DNA of 49,640 bases from Candidatus Izemoplasmataceae bacterium. GTDB lineage: Bacteria > Bacillota_I > Bacilli_A > Izemoplasmatales > Izemoplasmataceae. The translations under genes were made by a program, and so were the position numbers. The stretch spans positions 1-49,640 of the forward strand of contig CBFHLD010000001.1 in NCBI GenBank assembly GCA_965656585.1. Reading direction: 5' to 3'. This document shows positions 31,368-39,306 of the stretch, piece by piece (the stretch's first letter is position 1; each line of letters starts with the position of its first letter). The notes under the pieces were generated by a model that made no database searches, had not been told where the DNA came from, and saw nothing but the letters and a program-made list of their open reading frames with translations.

Positions 31368-31825
31368 ACTTTTTTCACAATCAGTTTGACGCCTTCAATC
31401 GCCAAGATTTCAACGGAGTCATTTTCTAAAATATCAGAATCATCTTGACTGATGGCGGTCCATATTTGACTATTCACTTTGACTTCTCCGCGCCCTCCTT
31501 TAAGGATGGATTTCACACAGACAGCCGTTTTTCCAATCAGCCGGTCTGAGTTGGTTGAGACCACATTGGTTCGGAAGTAGTTTTGGGCGAGCGGTCTGAC
31601 ACTGAGTAATAAGCCCACTGATATCACGATAAATACAATTAGTTGAACGACAATGTTAACGCCCAATATCGCGAGGATGAACGCTATGAGTGCGGCGAGT
31701 GAGAACCAAATACTCGTTAAATCAAGGGTCAGTGCTTCTAAGATGGCCCCAAATATGATGATGCCAAACCATAAAACGATGAACCAAAATTCAATACTTA
31801 AATTAAGCTCCAATATATTATCCAT
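31364..31825 (-). CDS. NfeD-family protein (short YbbJ/YuaF type, TM region + C-terminal OB-fold)
   Basis: Three to four TM helices, then IGKTAVCVKSILKGGRGEVKVNSQIWTAISQDDSDILENDSVEILAIEGVKLIVKK, the typical NfeD C-terminal beta-barrel signature. It is in an operon with an SPFH gene. Confidence 0.85.
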   Translation of the reverse strand: MDNILELNLSIEFWFIVLWFGIIIFGAILEALTLDLTSIWFSLAALIAFILAILGVNIVVQLIVFIVISVGLLLSVRPLAQNYFRTNVVSTNSDRLIGKTAVCVKSILKGGRGEVKVNSQIWTAISQDDSDILENDSVEILAIEGVKLIVKKV

Positions 31826-32210
31826 TATGACGCTCCTCCTCTAAGGACTGCAAGTCAACCACTAATACTTTTTCTTGATCGTCCCACTCAGCGTTAAATT
31901 TATACATCGTATGGGTATCAAAATCGAGGCCAATTTGTGCGGCTAAGTCAGTCACGAAGCTTTTGTTAGAGATTCTCGCATAACTACTTCTAAGGCTGAT
32001 CTTATAAAGCAGCTCTTCGCCAATATCCCCGCGCTGAAACTCTTCTTTACTCAAAGGTTTAATCCCGAGTTTCTTTCCGTCACTATCGACTCCCAGCATG
32101 ACACTATACGCATGAGTAAAATGGACACTGGCAGGCTTGTTGAGGGTGATATTGGTTTCATATAGGCTGACAAATTTGGTGCCTTGTTCTTTCGATTTCC
32201 ATTTGAACAT
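31818..32210 (-). CDS. Hypothetical soluble protein, about 130 aa
   Basis: The ORF overlaps the NfeD start by 8 nt. The likely start is ATG 32210 (RBS gaggtg 6 nt upstream); the track begins at GTG 32219. No family motif recognised. Confidence 0.55.
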   Translation of the reverse strand: MFKWKSKEQGTKFVSLYETNITLNKPASVHFTHAYSVMLGVDSDGKKLGIKPLSKEEFQRGDIGEELLYKISLRSSYARISNKSFVTDLAAQIGLDFDTHTMYKFNAEWDDQEKVLVVDLQSLEEERHNG

Positions 32211-32228
32211 TGTTTTCACCTCAGCCTA

Positions 32229-32256
32229 ATTATACGATAAAATCCAAAATATTCAA
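32229..32256 (-). promoter_or_regulatory. Candidate promoter of the unknown-NfeD-RDD-SPFH operon
   Basis: The minus strand reads TTGAAT (rc 32251-32256), a 16-nt spacer, then TATAAT (rc 32229-32234). The predicted leader is very short, so read-through from mnmE remains possible. Confidence 0.4.
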
Positions 32257-32281
32257 AATAATTCAATTTTATTCAAAATAA

Positions 32282-33631
32282 TTATTTACCTAAACAAAAT
32301 TGGGAAAAGAGGGTGTCAATTAAAGCGGTGTCTGACACTTCCCCCATGACTTCTCCGAGTCTGAGCCACGCTTCTTTAAGATCCATCTCAATCATATCAA
32401 CGGGGAAATCGTTGTGGGCCGTTTCTAAAGCCTGATTGACTAAAGATAAAGCTTCCTTAAATTTTCCGATATGTCTTGCATTGGATAAGTAGACCGTTTG
32501 GGTCGAATCTAAATAGCCGCTGAGGTACATTTCATGGATGCGGGTTTCTAAGACATTTAAATTCTTTTTCAGTAGACTCGAAATGGGGATGGCATCCGGA
32601 AAATCATGGGCCATTTTTTTCGGTAAATCATCTTTGTTTAATATGATGATACGTTCTTTGGATTCGGTCATGGATAAAAGCTTTTTGTCATCGTCATGAA
32701 GTGGTTGACTTTGGTCAATAACGAGTAACACAAGTCGGGCACTTTCAATGGCTTTCACACTTTTTTCAATGCCTATTTTTTCCACTTGATCGGAGGTATC
32801 ACGGATTCCCGCAGTATCGATTAAATTGAGGGTGACCCCGCCAATCGTCAAGCGACCTTCCACCGTATCACGCGTCGTGCCTTGAATGTCAGTGACAATC
32901 GCTTTTTCTTCGTTGATGAGGGCATTAAGTAAACTGGATTTACCCACGTTGGGACGGCCAACAATGGCTGTTGAAATACCGTCTTTAATGAGTTGACCGT
33001 ACACGGCTTGATCGAGTATTTTTTTAAGCATCGACTGGATGGTTTGGGTTTCGGGGATTAAAACGTTTTGGGTTAATTCTTGAACGTCATCATATTCGGG
33101 ATAATCAATATTCACTTCAATCTGCGCAATCACATTTAACAATCGAGTCCGCAAAGATTCGGTTAAGTCTCTGATTTTCCCTTCTAAGCCTTGGGTGGCG
33201 AGTTTTAATGAAAGTTCAGACCGTGATTCAATTAAATCGAGAACACTCTCGGCTTCGGTTAAATCAATGCGACCATTTAAAAAAGCGCGTTCTGTGAACT
33301 CGCCATTTTCAGCCAAGCGCGCCCCGTGCGATAAGCACAGTCCTAAGACTCTTTCGGCAATATAAACGCCCCCATGCGTATTAATTTCTACCATATCTTC
33401 ACGCGTGAAGGTTTTAGGGGCTTTAAAATAACTGACTAAGACTTCATCAATCAGTTGATCGCCATCCTTAATTTTCCCATACCGAATGGTATGCGAAGAA
33501 AAAGGAGAAGTGTGCGTGGATTGAAAAAAATTCCCTAGGATTTCTAATGCGTCTTCACCACTCATCCTAACGATACTAATGGCCCCTATTCCAGGGGCCG
33601 TAGAGATGGCGGCAATCGTCTCATTTTGCAT
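32282..33631 (-). CDS. mnmE: tRNA uridine-5-carboxymethylaminomethyl modification GTPase
   Basis: N-terminus ETIAAISTAPGIGAISIVRMSG, G-domain motifs GRPNVGKSSLLN, DTAG, NKDD, and the C-terminal CLGK tetrapeptide. ATG 33631 has a better RBS spacing than the track's GTG 33640. Confidence 0.95.
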   Translation of the reverse strand: MQNETIAAISTAPGIGAISIVRMSGEDALEILGNFFQSTHTSPFSSHTIRYGKIKDGDQLIDEVLVSYFKAPKTFTREDMVEINTHGGVYIAERVLGLCLSHGARLAENGEFTERAFLNGRIDLTEAESVLDLIESRSELSLKLATQGLEGKIRDLTESLRTRLLNVIAQIEVNIDYPEYDDVQELTQNVLIPETQTIQSMLKKILDQAVYGQLIKDGISTAIVGRPNVGKSSLLNALINEEKAIVTDIQGTTRDTVEGRLTIGGVTLNLIDTAGIRDTSDQVEKIGIEKSVKAIESARLVLLVIDQSQPLHDDDKKLLSMTESKERIIILNKDDLPKKMAHDFPDAIPISSLLKKNLNVLETRIHEMYLSGYLDSTQTVYLSNARHIGKFKEALSLVNQALETAHNDFPVDMIEMDLKEAWLRLGEVMGEVSDTALIDTLFSQFCLGK

Positions 33632-33697
33632 GTTTATCACCGCCTAAAGTATACCACAAAGGCATATCATCGTGTATAATAAGGCCAAGGAGCTTGC

Positions 33698-34192
33698 ATG
33701 AAAAAACCGACGCTCAAACGCCACTTTATCTACTACATCGGAACCTTAATTTTGATGGTTCTTTTCATATCTGGGTATGCCCTCTTTGAACGGCTTGTGA
33801 ATGATGTTTCGTTGATGACATCGTTTCAACGGTTATGGATTGTCCCTCCTCTAGTAGTGACCCTTTTATTCGCCTATGAATTCATCTTAGGAAGCATTGT
33901 CTTTTCAAAGGATCCAAAACGCAATGAAAAAAACTATGTGCTGCACGTATCCAGTGTGGCCAAAGAAACTCTCGATTTAGACATTGAAGATTTTGAAACA
34001 CTCAGAGACAACAATGATTTCCAAGAATCGTTAAAAAAGATCTATCAGCTTTTCCAAGAGAAAAATACCCATGAACCTGCCTATTTAGAAGCGCTCAAAC
34101 CATTCAAAGAAGATTCATTAGGCTACAACGTCCTCAAAATCATCATTCAAGAAACACGGTACTTACTCAACGAACCCAAACCGAATGCTTAG
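33698..34192 (+). CDS. Hypothetical membrane-anchored protein (2 TM + helical cytoplasmic domain)
   Basis: 164-aa ORF with an extended -10 promoter (gtgtataat) and RBS aaggag upstream. It ends 9 nt before dnaX. No recognisable motif. Confidence 0.55.
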   Translation: MKKPTLKRHFIYYIGTLILMVLFISGYALFERLVNDVSLMTSFQRLWIVPPLVVTLLFAYEFILGSIVFSKDPKRNEKNYVLHVSSVAKETLDLDIEDFETLRDNNDFQESLKKIYQLFQEKNTHEPAYLEALKPFKEDSLGYNVLKIIIQETRYLLNEPKPNA

Positions 34193-34201
34193 GAGTTTAG
34201 T

Positions 34202-36226
34202 GTGTCATATACAGCGCTATACCGGAAATACCGACCCGCCGATTTTACTGAAGTTGCTGGACAAGAGCATATCACCCAAACATTCCAAAACGCGCTTAAA
34301 TTGGATAAACTTTCGCATGCGTATTTATTCAGTGGACCGAGAGGAACCGGGAAAACCAGTATCGCCAAAATCATTGCGAAAGCCGTCAATTGCGAAAAAG
34401 CCCCAACCGCCAATCCGTGTAATCAATGTGACATTTGTTTAGGCATTCAAAACAACACCATCCACGATGTCATTGAAATCGATGCGGCCAGTAATAATGG
34501 GGTGGATGAAATCCGTGAAATCCGGGACAAAGTTAAATATCTTCCGTCTCAAGGGCGCTATAAAGTTTACATCATTGATGAGGTCCACATGCTTTCCATG
34601 GGGGCATTTAATGCGCTATTAAAAACCTTGGAAGAACCCCCTAAACATGTCATCTTTATCTTAGCCACTACTGAGCCCCATAAAATTCCAGCCACCATTC
34701 ACTCGCGGTGCCAGCGGTTTGATTTTAGAGGAGTTTCGGAAAAAGAAATCACGGTCCGTTTAGAAGACATCATTGAAAAAGAATCCATTCAAGTGGAAGA
34801 AGACGCTGTCCATCTCATCGCTTCCAGTGTCGAAGGTGGGATGCGTGATGCGGTCAGTTTACTTGACCAAGCATTGTCATATGCCGACGGTAAAATAACC
34901 ACTGACGATGTGCATGCCATAAGAGGGTCGGTCCAAGAAAAAGATCTCTTGGTGATTGCTCAGGCACTCGGTGAAAAAAACGTAGTCGAAGCACTAAATC
35001 AATTGGATAAATTGTTAGCCAAAGGCAAAGAGGTTCGCCGGTTTATCGATGACTTTATCATGTTTTATCGCGATGCCTTAATGCTTTTAAATATGCCAGG
35101 AAGTAGTAGCAAAAAAGTCTATCAAGAGGAAGCCTACCAAACGTTTTTAAAGACACTTCAAAATGATCAAATATTCTTCATTTTAGATTTATTGCATGAG
35201 ACTAAAAACCAGATGCGATTTACCACCAATCCCAAAATTGTGATTGAGCTCTTATTCATGAAATGGGTAAGCGACCAAAAACAAGAATCCCTGCATCTTC
35301 TTAAAAAACAAACCGATATGGAGACCACAATCAGCGCCCTTGAAAAAACAGTGGAGTCACTTCAAGACCAATTAGACCGCACACCCGCTGCGACCCAATC
35401 TTCAAGTGATCGCCCATTTACCGAGAATGTAGAATTGCCTAAATCGGATTTAAGAGATGAAGAAAAAGTCTTGGTGAGTCCACCGAAAGAAACGTCTTTT
35501 GAAGAAGGGTCGATCATCCGCAAACTCAAAGACAATGAGCCAGATAAAAATGTAAAAGATACAGCTATTAATTCAAATCAAGAACCGGTAGAAAAATCCA
35601 CGGAAACCGACGAAATAATGGCGGAAATACCGAATGAAAAACCAGCGGATAAATTGCCCGATAAAAACGATGAAATTCCATCTCAATTTCAAACCATCGT
35701 GGACCGTTTTTTCCACAAAAAATATGACACCTATGACATTCGTTTTGTAGAAGATATTTTAAACACCGGCGACCGCGAAGTGCGGATTGATATGGTAAAA
35801 AAATGGTACGACATTGAGCGGTTTGCCACGGGTGAATCTCTCAAGTATGCCAAGCTCATCACCGAAGGCCAACTCGTCGCAACCAACGGCGTGATGATCA
35901 TTATTACGTATGAGTCACCGTCAACATGCAACCGACTGATGAAACCCGAAGTCCATGAACCCCTTGTGAATTTACTATCAGATTATTATGGACGTCCCAT
36001 CAAATTTGTGGCATTACCCACGGATCTTTGGGAACACGTTTCTGATGAGTTTGTGAAAAAATTCAGAATGAAAAAAAGCCCGGATGAATGGATTGAATTA
36101 ACCCCGATTCACCATCCCAAACTTAAATCAATTCCCGGTTCAGTTGAAACCTATTCCGATACGATAAACGAAACAGAAAAAGAGGCGATTGAACTCTTCG
36201 GTGAGTCGGTCGTTAAAGTGAAATAA
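34202..36226 (+). CDS. dnaX: DNA polymerase III subunit tau (gamma/tau, clamp-loader ATPase)
   Basis: GTG start with RBS aggag. YRKYRP, Walker A GPRGTGKTS, zinc module CEKAPTANPCNQCDIC, DEVHML, and sensor SRCQRFDF. It has a long acidic/low-complexity linker and a tau C-terminal domain. Length 674 aa. Confidence 0.95.
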   Translation: MSYTALYRKYRPADFTEVAGQEHITQTFQNALKLDKLSHAYLFSGPRGTGKTSIAKIIAKAVNCEKAPTANPCNQCDICLGIQNNTIHDVIEIDAASNNGVDEIREIRDKVKYLPSQGRYKVYIIDEVHMLSMGAFNALLKTLEEPPKHVIFILATTEPHKIPATIHSRCQRFDFRGVSEKEITVRLEDIIEKESIQVEEDAVHLIASSVEGGMRDAVSLLDQALSYADGKITTDDVHAIRGSVQEKDLLVIAQALGEKNVVEALNQLDKLLAKGKEVRRFIDDFIMFYRDALMLLNMPGSSSKKVYQEEAYQTFLKTLQNDQIFFILDLLHETKNQMRFTTNPKIVIELLFMKWVSDQKQESLHLLKKQTDMETTISALEKTVESLQDQLDRTPAATQSSSDRPFTENVELPKSDLRDEEKVLVSPPKETSFEEGSIIRKLKDNEPDKNVKDTAINSNQEPVEKSTETDEIMAEIPNEKPADKLPDKNDEIPSQFQTIVDRFFHKKYDTYDIRFVEDILNTGDREVRIDMVKKWYDIERFATGESLKYAKLITEGQLVATNGVMIIITYESPSTCNRLMKPEVHEPLVNLLSDYYGRPIKFVALPTDLWEHVSDEFVKKFRMKKSPDEWIELTPIHHPKLKSIPGSVETYSDTINETEKEAIELFGESVVKVK

Positions 36227-36238
36227 AAGGAGCTAGTA

Positions 36239-36556
36239 GTGATGAATCCAGGCATGTTAAAAAAATTACAACAGATGCAAAAAGATATGGTTAATGCGCA
36301 AAAAGAACTCGAAGCATCAACGTTCTTTGGCAGTGCCGGAGGTGGCAGTGTCACCGTGGAATTTACGGGCAATAAAAGAATGCAAAATATCACCATCAAA
36401 GAAGGGGCTTTTACATTGCCGGACGATCAAGATATTTTAGAAGATTCCATTCTAGCTGCCGTCAATGATTGTATGCAAAAAATTGAAGAAGAAACCGAAG
36501 CCACAATGGGTCAATTTTCACAGGGCCTCGGGAGCTTACCTGGAATGGGTCGATGA
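36239..36556 (+). CDS. ybaB: Nucleoid-associated protein YbaB/EbfC
   Basis: MLKKLQQMQKDMVNAQKELE...GGGSVTVEFTGNKRM is the family signature. Conserved dnaX-ybaB-recR order. The start is GTG 36239 or ATG 36242. Confidence 0.92.
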   Translation: MMNPGMLKKLQQMQKDMVNAQKELEASTFFGSAGGGSVTVEFTGNKRMQNITIKEGAFTLPDDQDILEDSILAAVNDCMQKIEEETEATMGQFSQGLGSLPGMGR

Positions 36557-37155
36557 ACTACCCCAAAGCCATCAATCAATTGATTGATCACTTCCGAAAA
36601 ATCCCTGGGGTCGGTCAAAAAACCGCCGAGCGCTATGCATTGTTTATATTAACCCAACTAGACCCTGAAGATACCCAAGCGTTTGGCTCAACCCTCATGG
36701 ATTTAAACGCATCCGTGAGACCCTGCAGCACGTGCGGATTTTTAACGGAAAATGACACGTGTGAGATCTGCCGTGATACGACGCGCGACTCAAATACGAT
36801 CATCGTCGTTGAAGAGGTCAAAGATGTGATTGTTTTTGAAAATACCCACACGTTTAATGGTCGTTATCATGTTTTAAATGGAGCCTTGTCCCCGAGTGAG
36901 GGCATCGCCCCTGAAGATTTAAATATCGCTTCATTAAAATCGCGTGTTGAATCTGAGTCCACCGAAGAACTGATCATCGCAACGAATTTCTCTGAAGCCG
37001 GAGAAACCACCGCACTTTACCTCAAACATATCTTTGAAAACAATCCTATAAACATTACACGCATCGGGTATGGATTACCCGCGGGTGGGAACATTTCTTA
37101 TGCCGATGAAATCACCTTAAACAAAGCCTTAGAAGGCCGCAAAAAAATGAACTAA
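36553..37155 (+). CDS. recR: Recombination protein RecR
   Basis: HhH motif IPGVGQKTAERYA, zinc finger CSTCGFLTENDTCEIC, and Toprim IIVVEEVKDV. ATGA overlaps ybaB. Confidence 0.96.
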   Translation: MNYPKAINQLIDHFRKIPGVGQKTAERYALFILTQLDPEDTQAFGSTLMDLNASVRPCSTCGFLTENDTCEICRDTTRDSNTIIVVEEVKDVIVFENTHTFNGRYHVLNGALSPSEGIAPEDLNIASLKSRVESESTEELIIATNFSEAGETTALYLKHIFENNPINITRIGYGLPAGGNISYADEITLNKALEGRKKMN

Positions 37156-37197
37156 ATCCACTTAACAAAACTTAATGATTTAAAGGAGCGCATTAGG

Positions 37198-37225
37198 TTG
37201 AGAATGAAGTGGATTTATTTATAAT
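37198..37225 (+). promoter_or_regulatory. Candidate promoter of the ABC/lipoprotein operon
   Basis: TTGAGA (37198-37203), a 16-nt spacer, then TATAAT (37220-37225). It would give a leader of about 90 nt. A second -10-like TATACT lies at 37275-37280 without a good -35. Confidence 0.4.
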
Positions 37226-37318
37226 TGAATTGTAAAAAAACAAACAAATTTCCAAAAAAAACGCTTTCATCATGTATACTATAGTGTTAATAAATTTTTC
37301 TCTAGGAGCCCGCTAAAA

Positions 37319-38380
37319 TTGGAAATTAGATTAGAAAATTTAACCAAAGTTTTCACCAATAAAAAAACCACAAACACCCTTGCGGTTGACCAGCTCGATG
37401 TTACCATTCCATCCGGTAAACTCATCGGTTTATTGGGTCCATCAGGCTGTGGTAAATCCACAACACTTTACATGATATCTGGCCTATTGAAACCGACCGA
37501 TGGCAGTATCTATTTTGGAGACGATGATGTCACAACCGTACCCCCTGAAGAACGCGGGATCGGGTTAGTCTTTCAAAACTATGCACTCTATCCGCACATG
37601 ACGGTTTTACAAAATATTATGTTCCCATTAGAAAACTTAAAAGTGCCTAAAGAAGAAGCGATGGAGCGGGCTCAAAAAATCGCTGACTTAGTGGGTATTG
37701 GGGAATTGATGAGCCGTAAGCCTGCGCAACTTTCTGGGGGCCAACAACAAAGGGTCGCCATTGCCCGGGCACTTGTTAAAGAACCCCGCGTCTTATTATT
37801 GGATGAACCTTTATCCAATCTCGATGCTAGATTACGTTTACAAACCCGTGAAGAAATTCGCCGGATTCAAAGAGAAACAGGAATCACGACGATTTTTGTC
37901 ACCCACGATCAAGAAGAGGCAATGTCGATCTCCGATGAAATCATATTGATGGATTTTGGGGTCAAACAACAAATGGGAGCTCCCCAAAATGTCTATGACG
38001 AACCGGCCAATTTATTTGCGGCGAAGTTTTTAGGGACCCCCCCGATTAACTTGTTTGACGGAAAGATTTCTGCGAAGAAAATCAAACTTGGTAAAAGTGT
38101 TTTAGGAGAAACCAAAGAATCGCCTAAAGACATCGTCATTGGGATTCGTCCGGAAGGCTTTATCGTTCAAAAAGAAGGACCCATTCAAGCAGAGGTCGAA
38201 TTTGTCGAAACCATCGGCCGTGATACGACACTCATCATGATTGATCCAACCGACGAAACGAAACGCTTTAGAGCCATTGTGGATTCCGATCATAAAATTG
38301 AGGCGGGTCAAACAATCGCCTTAAATGTAAAACCCCATAAAATGTTTATCTTTAATCAAGAAACAGGAGAACGTCTTTAA
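37319..38380 (+). CDS. ABC transporter ATP-binding protein, MalK/UgpC/MsmK type (CUT1 family)
   Basis: TTG start with RBS aggag 10 nt upstream. Walker A GPSGCGKST, Q-loop, signature LSGGQQQRVAIARAL, Walker B LLLDEPLSNLD, H-loop, and a C-terminal regulatory (TOBE-like) domain. Confidence 0.93.
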   Translation: MEIRLENLTKVFTNKKTTNTLAVDQLDVTIPSGKLIGLLGPSGCGKSTTLYMISGLLKPTDGSIYFGDDDVTTVPPEERGIGLVFQNYALYPHMTVLQNIMFPLENLKVPKEEAMERAQKIADLVGIGELMSRKPAQLSGGQQQRVAIARALVKEPRVLLLDEPLSNLDARLRLQTREEIRRIQRETGITTIFVTHDQEEAMSISDEIILMDFGVKQQMGAPQNVYDEPANLFAAKFLGTPPINLFDGKISAKKIKLGKSVLGETKESPKDIVIGIRPEGFIVQKEGPIQAEVEFVETIGRDTTLIMIDPTDETKRFRAIVDSDHKIEAGQTIALNVKPHKMFIFNQETGERL

Positions 38381-39306
38381 TGTTAGAAGATAAGAGTAAT
38401 GTTAAAGCGTGGTTTTATTTAGCACCGGCCTTATTTTTGCTCACCATTTTTATTTTCTATCCCATTTTTAACGCACTATTTTTAGTGTTTTTAAGAGACT
38501 ACAATTATTTACAAGGGACCTGGGAAGGGTTCACCTTGTTCGAAAATTTCTTTTACGTATTTAGAAATCAAAACTTTACGCAAGCTCTCACCAACACCAT
38601 GATTATTACGTTTGTGTCTGTCCCCATTTCGGTGATCATCGCCTTGCTCATCTCGGTTTGGTTGAATTCTGTGCTTAAGCTTCGTGGCTTTTTCCAAACA
38701 ATTTTCTTCTTACCGTATGTGACCAATGCCATTGCCATCGGGATGGCCTTTGCCTTTTTGTTCAACCAAAACTACGGTCTGATTAACACCATGTTAGGGT
38801 GGGTCGGATTAAACCCGGTTAACTGGGTCGGTTTGGGTGCCACATGGGGCAATGCCATGTTTAGCTTATTGGTTTATGTGGTCTGGGCATCACTCGCTTT
38901 TAAAATCATGGTGTTTTTAAGTGGACTCCAAAACATCGACAAACAATATTACGATGCGGCGCGTGTGGATTCAACGAAGCGCTACCGCATCTTTAGACGG
39001 ATTACGATTCCCTTGTTATCCCCGATGATTTTTTACATTACGATTACTTCCTTTATCGGAGCTTTCAAAGCGTATACCCAAGTGATTGGGATGTTCGGGG
39101 TAAGACTTGGGCCACCAGGGAATGATAAATCACTCATTACCATAGTGGCGCTCGTCTATGACGCACTGGACCGGTCCGGGGTTCCTGGGGCTTTATCAGA
39201 GGCTGCAGCTACCGCAATCGTTTTATTCTTGATTACTTTAGTATTTACACTCATTAACATGCAAGTGAGTAAAAATCGTGTCCACTATTCAGGAGGAGGT
39301 AAATAA
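38380..39306 (+). CDS. ABC sugar-type permease (MalF/UgpA-like)
   Basis: Six TM segments and an EAA-like loop (DKQYYDAARVDSTKRYRIFRRITIPLL). TAATG coupling occurs at both ends. Confidence 0.9.
   Translation: MLEDKSNVKAWFYLAPALFLLTIFIFYPIFNALFLVFLRDYNYLQGTWEGFTLFENFFYVFRNQNFTQALTNTMIITFVSVPISVIIALLISVWLNSVLKLRGFFQTIFFLPYVTNAIAIGMAFAFLFNQNYGLINTMLGWVGLNPVNWVGLGATWGNAMFSLLVYVVWASLAFKIMVFLSGLQNIDKQYYDAARVDSTKRYRIFRRITIPLLSPMIFYITITSFIGAFKAYTQVIGMFGVRLGPPGNDKSLITIVALVYDALDRSGVPGALSEAAATAIVLFLITLVFTLINMQVSKNRVHYSGGGK

Noticed and set aside
34975-34981. In-frame slippery heptamer A AAA AAC in dnaX (possible -1 frameshift giving a gamma subunit)
   Set aside because: The -1 frame stops 10 codons later, giving a product of about 268 aa. 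That product would lack clamp-loader domain III (the collar), unlike E. coli gamma. No downstream stimulatory hairpin was seen. This is probably a coincidence in an A-rich gene.
35111-35117. AAAAAAG run in dnaX resembling the E. coli frameshift site
   Set aside because: The codon phase is AAA AAA GTC, not A AAA AAG, so it is not in the slippery register. It also lies too early in the protein (codon ~304).
37256-37269. cre-like (CcpA operator) sequence aaaaaaCGcTttCA upstream of the ABC operon
   Set aside because: Only the 3' half matches TGNAANCGNTNNCA, and the conserved 5' TG is missing. In AT-rich DNA this level of match is expected by chance.
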